From Microbacteriaceae bacterium (GTDB taxonomy: Bacteria; Actinomycetota; Actinomycetes; Actinomycetales; Microbacteriaceae): a DNA stretch of 32,202 bases. The stretch's first letter is position 1; every line of letters starts with the position of its first letter. The stretch covers positions 1-32,202 of the forward strand of contig CANGGA010000001.1 in NCBI GenBank assembly GCA_947453285.1. Reading direction: 5' to 3'. This document shows positions 26,658 through 32,202 of this stretch, piece after piece. The notes beneath the pieces are model-generated. The model had not been told where the DNA came from. It saw only the letters and a program-made list of their open reading frames with translations, and did not search any database. The position numbers were made by a program, and so were the translations under genes.

Positions 26658-28895
26658 GTGGGTCACGAAATTGAAACTATGAGCGGCACTCAGTATGAGA
26701 CCGCAGTTATCGACAACGGAAAGTACGGAAAGCGAACCATTCGCTTCGAGACTGGCCGTCTAGCTCAGCAGGCACAGGGTGCAGCGAGCGTTTACATCGA
26801 CGAAGAGACCATGTTGTTCTCGGCTACCACTGCAAGCAAGCAGCCAAAAGACCAGTTTGACTTCTTCCCGCTAACCATCGACGTTGAAGAGCGCATGTAT
26901 GCAGCCGGCAAGATTCCTGGCAGCTTCTTCCGTCGCGAAGGTCGCCCAAGCACCGAGGCAATTCTTACCTGCCGCTTGATTGACCGTCCATTGCGTCCAT
27001 CATTCGTTGATGGTCTTCGCAACGAAATTCAGATCGTTGTTTCGGTTCTAGCAATCGAACCAGACGAGATGTATGACGTTGTTGCAATCAACGCAGCTTC
27101 GATGTCAACCCAGCTTGCCGGTTTGCCATTCTCTGGCCCAATCGGTGGCGTGCGTGTTGCGCTAATCGACGGTCAGTGGGTTGCCTTCCCTAAGCACTCA
27201 CAGCTTGAGCGTGCAGTGTTCGACATGGTTGTTGCCGGTCGCGTAATCGTTGAGAACGGCGTCGAAGACGTTGCGATCATGATGGTTGAAGCAGAAGCTT
27301 CAGAGAACGCCTGGAACCTAATTAAGAACGAAGGCGCAACAGCTCCTTCTGAGTCTGTGGTTTCTGAGGGTCTTGAGGCTGCAAAGCCATTCATCAAGGA
27401 ACTCGTTGCTGCTCAGTCACGTCTAGCTGCCAAGGCTGCAAAGCCAACCGCCGAGTACCCAGTCTTCTTGCCTTACGGCGACGAGATGTACAACGCCGTT
27501 TATGCAGCCGCTGCAGACGAGCTTTCAAAGGTTTACCAGATTGCTGAGAAGACCGCTCGCCAGGATGCTGACGATGTTCTAAAGGAAGCAACCAAGGCCA
27601 AGATGGCTGAGCAGTTCGACGAGACCCTAATGGGTCAGTTCTCGGCTGCTTACAAGTCGGTAACCAAGAAAATCGTTCGCACCCGCGTTCTAAAAGAAGG
27701 CGTTCGCATGGATGGCCGCGGCCTTCGCGACATTCGTCCGATCACCGCAGAGATTCACGTTGTTCCACGTGTTCACGGTTCTGCAATCTTCGAGCGTGGC
27801 GAGACCCAGATCATGGGTATCACCACTTTGAACATGTTGAAGATGGAGCAGCAGATTGATGCGCTAACTCCAGTAACCAGCAAGCGCTACATGCACAACT
27901 ACAACTTCCCGCCTTACTCAACTGGTGAGACCGGTCGTGTTGGCACTCCAAAGCGTCGTGAAATTGGTCACGGTGCGTTGGCAGAGCGTGCGCTAGTTCC
28001 AGTTCTTCCTGCACGTGACGAGTTCCCATATGCAATTCGTCAGGTATCAGAGGCTCTTGGTTCAAACGGTTCGACTTCAATGGGTTCAGTTTGTGCGTCG
28101 ACTCTTGCATTGCTAAGCGCGGGTGTGCCACTTCGTGCACCGGTAGCAGGTATCGCAATGGGTCTTATCTCAGATGAGATCAACGGCAAGACCGAGTACG
28201 CAGCTTTGACCGACATCCTTGGTGCAGAAGATGCACTAGGCGACATGGACTTCAAGGTTGCCGGAACCAGCGAGTTCATTACTGCTATTCAGCTAGACAC
28301 CAAGCTCGATGGAATTCCTGCTTCGGTTCTTGCTGGTGCATTGCTTCAGGCAAAAGAGGCACGTCTGAGCATTCTTGCAATCATGGCCGAAGAAATCAGC
28401 GAGCCTGACGAGATGGCACCAACCGCACCACGCGTAATCTCGGTGAAGATTCCAGTGGACAAGATCGGTGAGGTCATTGGTCCAAAGGGCAAGATGATCA
28501 ACGAGATTCAGGCAGAGACCGGTGCAGACATCTCAATCGAAGACGACGGAACCGTTTACATCGGCGCAACCGACGGACCTTCTGCAGATGCCGCCAAGTC
28601 ACGCATCAACGCGATCGCGAACCCACACGTTCCTGAGATCGGCGAGCGTTTCTTGGGAACCGTCGTGAAGCTAGCCACCTTCGGTGCCTTCGTTTCACTT
28701 GTTCCAGGCAAGGATGGCCTACTGCACATCTCTGAGCTAAAGAAGATGGCTGGCAAGCGCGTTGAGAACGTCGAAGACGTTCTTGAGGTCGGCCAGAAGC
28801 TTCAGGTAGAAATCACCAAGATCGACGACCGCGGAAAGCTATCGCTAAGCCCTGTCGTTGAGGGTGACGGCTCAGCTTCGTCTGACGAAGAATAA
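26658..28895 (+). CDS. pnp: Polyribonucleotide nucleotidyltransferase (PNPase)
   Basis: [69 protein letters not shown] and KH and S1 domains; SD GAGGAGG before GTG. Confidence 0.98.
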   Translation: MGHEIETMSGTQYETAVIDNGKYGKRTIRFETGRLAQQAQGAASVYIDEETMLFSATTASKQPKDQFDFFPLTIDVEERMYAAGKIPGSFFRREGRPSTEAILTCRLIDRPLRPSFVDGLRNEIQIVVSVLAIEPDEMYDVVAINAASMSTQLAGLPFSGPIGGVRVALIDGQWVAFPKHSQLERAVFDMVVAGRVIVENGVEDVAIMMVEAEASENAWNLIKNEGATAPSESVVSEGLEAAKPFIKELVAAQSRLAAKAAKPTAEYPVFLPYGDEMYNAVYAAAADELSKVYQIAEKTARQDADDVLKEATKAKMAEQFDETLMGQFSAAYKSVTKKIVRTRVLKEGVRMDGRGLRDIRPITAEIHVVPRVHGSAIFERGETQIMGITTLNMLKMEQQIDALTPVTSKRYMHNYNFPPYSTGETGRVGTPKRREIGHGALAERALVPVLPARDEFPYAIRQVSEALGSNGSTSMGSVCASTLALLSAGVPLRAPVAGIAMGLISDEINGKTEYAALTDILGAEDALGDMDFKVAGTSEFITAIQLDTKLDGIPASVLAGALLQAKEARLSILAIMAEEISEPDEMAPTAPRVISVKIPVDKIGEVIGPKGKMINEIQAETGADISIEDDGTVYIGATDGPSADAAKSRINAIANPHVPEIGERFLGTVVKLATFGAFVSLVPGKDGLLHISELKKMAGKRVENVEDVLEVGQKLQVEITKIDDRGKLSLSPVVEGDGSASSDEE

Positions 28896-28911
28896 AAACT
28901 AGGCTCGGGTC

Positions 28912-30246
28912 ATGTCTGAAATTTATTTTCCGCTAGACCAAAACGAGCTTTCGTTCACCGCTTCGGGTGGTAGCACGGTTCACCGTTCTATCCTCCGAAG
29001 CGGTGTTCGCGTTTTAACCGAATACGTTCCTGGCGCGCAGAGCGCTAGCGTTTCGTTTTCAGTAGCAGTGGGTTCTCGCGATGAAACCATCGGCCACTAT
29101 GGCAGCACGCACTTTCTCGAGCACCTGTTGTTCAAGGGAACCAAACGCCGCACTGCACTAGACATCGCTATTGCCTTCGACAGCGTTGGCGGTTCATCGA
29201 ACGCATCAACCGGCAAAGAGCACACCAGCTATTACGCTCGCGTTCAAGACAAGGCGCTGCCACTTGCCGTCGACGTTATTGCCGACATGCTTACCTCTTC
29301 GCTAATCGATGCAACCGAGTTCGAAAACGAGCGCACCGTAATTCTCGAAGAGCTCGCGATGAACGACGACGATCCACAGGATGTCGCGCACGAAGCATTT
29401 TCAGAGGCCGTGCTCGGCGATCATGAACTTGGCCGCCCAATCGGTGGCAACAACGAAACCATCACAGCCGTTTCGCGCGATGCGGTTTGGCAGCACTACC
29501 AAAAGAACTATCGCCCGCAAGACCTTGTCGTTGCCGCCGCCGGGGGAGTAAACCACGGCGACTTCGTCGAACTGGTTGAGCGCGAGCTTCGCGCCGCCGG
29601 CTGGAACCTCGATCTCGATGCGTCACCGGTTGCCCGTCGCAGCAACGAAGAGTCTGCAATCAAACGCGGCAAGCCACTTCAGGTAATCAAGCGTCCAATC
29701 GCGCAGGCCAACATCCTTGTTGGAATGAAGGGCATTATCGGAAACGATTCGCGTCGCTATGCGATGGGCATTCTTAATACCGTGCTCGGTGGAGGCATGT
29801 CGAGCCGACTGTTTCAAGAGATTCGTGAAAAGCGCGGGCTGGCATACAGCGTCTATTCGTTTAACCAGGGCTACAGCGATGCCTCGACCTTCGGTCTATA
29901 TGCGGGCTGCTCACCGGCCAAGGCAGAGCAGGTTACTCGTTTGATGCTCGAAGAATTCGAAAAGGTTGCCCAGAGCGGCATTACCCAGGATGAACTCGAC
30001 CTCGCAATCGGAAACATCTCTGGAGGACTCGCTCTGAAGTTCGAGAGCAGTCAGGCTCGCATGAGCAGATTGATTGGCTCTGAGATGACCACGGGTGAAT
30101 TCTTTGACCTAGACGAAACCATCGAACGCTTCAGCGCCGTGACTATCGAACAGGTGCAAGCTCTCGTGCAAGATCTCTTGAAGAACGAGCGCACAATCGT
30201 TGCAGTTGGCGATGTTGAAGAAAAGACCTTCGAGCCTTTTCTCTAG
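28912..30246 (+). CDS. M16 family zinc peptidase (PepR-like)
   Basis: VGSRDE, the inverted zinc motif HFLEH, LFKGT, ER.VILEE and LGGGMSSRLFQEIREKRGLAYSV; conserved position after pnp. Confidence 0.93.
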   Translation: MSEIYFPLDQNELSFTASGGSTVHRSILRSGVRVLTEYVPGAQSASVSFSVAVGSRDETIGHYGSTHFLEHLLFKGTKRRTALDIAIAFDSVGGSSNASTGKEHTSYYARVQDKALPLAVDVIADMLTSSLIDATEFENERTVILEELAMNDDDPQDVAHEAFSEAVLGDHELGRPIGGNNETITAVSRDAVWQHYQKNYRPQDLVVAAAGGVNHGDFVELVERELRAAGWNLDLDASPVARRSNEESAIKRGKPLQVIKRPIAQANILVGMKGIIGNDSRRYAMGILNTVLGGGMSSRLFQEIREKRGLAYSVYSFNQGYSDASTFGLYAGCSPAKAEQVTRLMLEEFEKVAQSGITQDELDLAIGNISGGLALKFESSQARMSRLIGSEMTTGEFFDLDETIERFSAVTIEQVQALVQDLLKNERTIVAVGDVEEKTFEPFL

Positions 30247-30273
30247 TCTCGACTGATTGGTAAGTTTGAACTC

Positions 30274-30996
30274 ATGAGCATTTCAGTAGCAGTGGTTGGC
30301 GCAACCGGCCGAATGGGCAAACTCGCCCTCGAGCTAATCGATGCCGCTCAAGACCTTGAGATTTTCGCGGCCCTCGACTCAAAGAGCGATATCGCGCAGA
30401 CCATCGGCGCAGATGTGGTCATCGACCTAACTCGCTTCGAAGTCAGTCAATCGGTCGTCACTCACGCAATCGCTAATAACCAAAAGCTGGTGGTTGGCAC
30501 AAGCGGTTGGTCTGCAAGCCATCTGCAGCAGGTTGAAAAGCAGCTAGTCGGCAGCAATGCAGCGGTCGTTGTTGTTCCTAACTTTTCGGTTGGCTCGATG
30601 TTGGCAACCAAGTTCGCGGCAGAAGCGGCAAACTTCTTCGACTCGATCGAAATCGTTGAAGCCCACCACGCCGGCAAAATCGATTCACCTTCAGGCACCG
30701 CGGTTCGCACGGCCGAGCTAATTGCCCACGCCCGCGACGGCAAGCCGGTGTTGCTACCTGGCGTTGGTCAGCAGGCGCGTGGCGAGGTCGTTGCCGGTGT
30801 TCCGATCCATAGCCTTCGCATTAACGGCGTCTCTGCAAAACAAGATGTTCTTCTCGGCGGCGAAAGCGAATTGCTAACCATCAGCCACGAAACCACATCG
30901 GTCAAGGCTTACACCTCCGGCATTCTTGCCTCGATTCGCTTTGCGGCTGAAGCAGACGGTCTTACCGTCGGCCTGCAATCGGTTCTCGGTCTCTAG
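30274..30996 (+). CDS. dapB: 4-hydroxy-tetrahydrodipicolinate reductase
   Basis: VVGATGRMG, VVGTSG, PNFSVG, EAHHAGKIDSPSGTA and IHSLR. Confidence 0.95.
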   Translation: MSISVAVVGATGRMGKLALELIDAAQDLEIFAALDSKSDIAQTIGADVVIDLTRFEVSQSVVTHAIANNQKLVVGTSGWSASHLQQVEKQLVGSNAAVVVVPNFSVGSMLATKFAAEAANFFDSIEIVEAHHAGKIDSPSGTAVRTAELIAHARDGKPVLLPGVGQQARGEVVAGVPIHSLRINGVSAKQDVLLGGESELLTISHETTSVKAYTSGILASIRFAAEADGLTVGLQSVLGL

Positions 30997-31013
30997 CCGA
31001 AAGCCCGCAGAAA

Positions 31014-31463
31014 ATGACAAAAAACGCCAAGTTCGGCGCAGCTTTCATGGCATTGCTAACCCTGGTCTATACCGGGTTGCTCGCCAACACCGCAATCACC
31101 CTGCTTTTGCTCGAAGAGCCACTAGCCAAGGTCATGGGCGCGCTGATCTTTATTTTTCCCGTTCTGGCTATCTGGGTCACCATCCGTGAATTTATTTTTG
31201 GCAGCCAAATCGAGAAACTCGCTGCCAAGATCGAACGCGAGGGCAAGTGGCCACACTTCGATTTTGAGCTTCGCCCAAGCGGACGCCCAACTCGCCAATC
31301 GGCCGATCGAGTTTTCAACTCTTATGCGAAGGCGACAATCGCCGAACCCGAGAGCGTGCATGCCTGGTTCTCGCTTGGCCTTGCCTATGACGCTGCCGGT
31401 GATCGCAAACGCGCCCGTGCGGCAATGCGAAAGGCCCTGGCGCTTTTTCGCACCAAGGCCTAA
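31014..31463 (+). CDS. Two-TM membrane protein with a C-terminal TPR-like motif
   Basis: Two N-terminal TM segments, RPSGRP and WFSLGLAYDAAGDRKRARAAMRKA (TPR-like helix pair); follows dapB. Confidence 0.8.
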   Translation: MTKNAKFGAAFMALLTLVYTGLLANTAITLLLLEEPLAKVMGALIFIFPVLAIWVTIREFIFGSQIEKLAAKIEREGKWPHFDFELRPSGRPTRQSADRVFNSYAKATIAEPESVHAWFSLGLAYDAAGDRKRARAAMRKALALFRTKA

Positions 31464-31480
31464 CGTAGGCAACTGGTTAG

Positions 31481-31936
31481 CTAGCCACGGATGATTCCCG
31501 CGCGGCGAAGCCCAAGGTAAATCTGGCAGCCGAGGCAATAACCGAAGTATGCCTGCAGGGTTGAGGCCGCAAAGAGTGCGGCGGCTGCAATCGCGATTCC
31601 GAACGGAACAGCAAGTGCCGCGAGCACGAAACCGATAGAGGTCACGAAAAGGCCGACCAGTTGCGCGAACCGCGGTGGGCGAGCATCCTCGAGTTCTTTT
31701 GGTGCCGATAGACGCGGGCGAACCACAGTCTTGTAGAGAATGCCAAATGGGTGCTTGGTATTGCCAAACAGCGTGCCCCAAAAGAACGAGAACCAAACAA
31801 TCGAAAGAATGGCCAGCGCGGTTGGTTCAGTCGACTTGTCGAGTGCCAAGAAGAAAACGATGATGCTAAATACATTGGTGATGGCAGCGCCGAATCGTGG
31901 GCCGCGCGGGTCAATCTGTTCGATTTGCTTGCTCAT
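31481..31936 (-). CDS. DUF4395-family membrane protein
   Basis: IDPRGPRFGAAIT, HPFG..Y...VRPRL, EDARPPRFAQLVG and a C-terminal FGYCLGC. Confidence 0.85.
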   Translation of the reverse strand: MSKQIEQIDPRGPRFGAAITNVFSIIVFFLALDKSTEPTALAILSIVWFSFFWGTLFGNTKHPFGILYKTVVRPRLSAPKELEDARPPRFAQLVGLFVTSIGFVLAALAVPFGIAIAAAALFAASTLQAYFGYCLGCQIYLGLRRAGIIRG

Positions 31937-32202
31937 TAGATTGTGAAGTGTCCTATCTCATCTTGAATGGTCTCGGCCTTAGCGGCACCGCCGATTCGCG
32001 AGGTAACGCGACCGGTGTGATCTAACACCAGGGTGGTTGGGGTTTGCAGAATGTGAAACTTCTTCGCCAAATCGAGGCGGTTCGTGATGTCGACTTCGAT
32101 GTGCAGAATGTCGTCGCTGTGAGCCTCAAGGTCTCGAAACAGTCGTGCTGTCTGAACGCACTGCGAACACATTTCGCTGGAGAACTGCAAGAAAGTAACT
32201 CG
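31936..32202 (-). CDS. Thioredoxin-family protein; partial, 5' end beyond the window
   Basis: The frame is open to the window edge (RVTFLQFSSEMCSQC); CxxC, HIEVD, LAKKFHILQTPTT (cis-Pro loop) and RIGG. Its stop overlaps the DUF4395 start (TAATG). Confidence 0.85.
   Translation of the reverse strand, partial: RVTFLQFSSEMCSQCVQTARLFRDLEAHSDDILHIEVDITNRLDLAKKFHILQTPTTLVLDHTGRVTSRIGGAAKAETIQDEIGHFTI

Noticed and set aside
31122-31796. 224-aa minus-strand ORF spanning the TPR-like and DUF4395 genes
   Set aside because: It overlaps two well-supported genes and has no recognisable motifs.

Overview
Core chromosomal segment of a compact, moderate-GC actinobacterium; the proteins and tight gene packing suggest a streamlined freshwater Microbacteriaceae (Rhodoluna/Aquiluna-like), which is an inference. 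The left part is a polyamine/GABA utilisation cluster: the 3' end of an aminobutyraldehyde dehydrogenase, an orphan FtsK/EccC-like ATPase, ald, a polyamine ABC transporter and gabT. Next comes the conserved run dxr-rip(M50)-ispG-proS-nusA-ylxR-infB-rbfA-truB. A phosphate-uptake block (pstC-pstA-pstB-pstS plus a degenerate PstS-like lipoprotein, with PHO-box-like 11-nt repeats) lies between two small membrane-protein genes. The right part is ribF-rpsO-pnp-M16 peptidase-dapB-TPR-like protein, then a convergent DUF4395/thioredoxin pair. I found no tRNA, rRNA, transposase, integrase or CRISPR array. Three signals stand out: (1) a chain of overlapping mini-ORFs followed by two mutually exclusive hairpins, one hiding the infB Shine-Dalgarno, which is a candidate translational attenuator for IF2; (2) a non-lipidated PstS paired with a lipidated 'pseudo-PstS' lacking phosphate-binding motifs; (3) the orphan FtsK ATPase, preceded by a 33-bp palindromic tandem repeat and overlapping ald antisense by 173 nt. 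All calls come from reading the sequence and translations; no searches were run.
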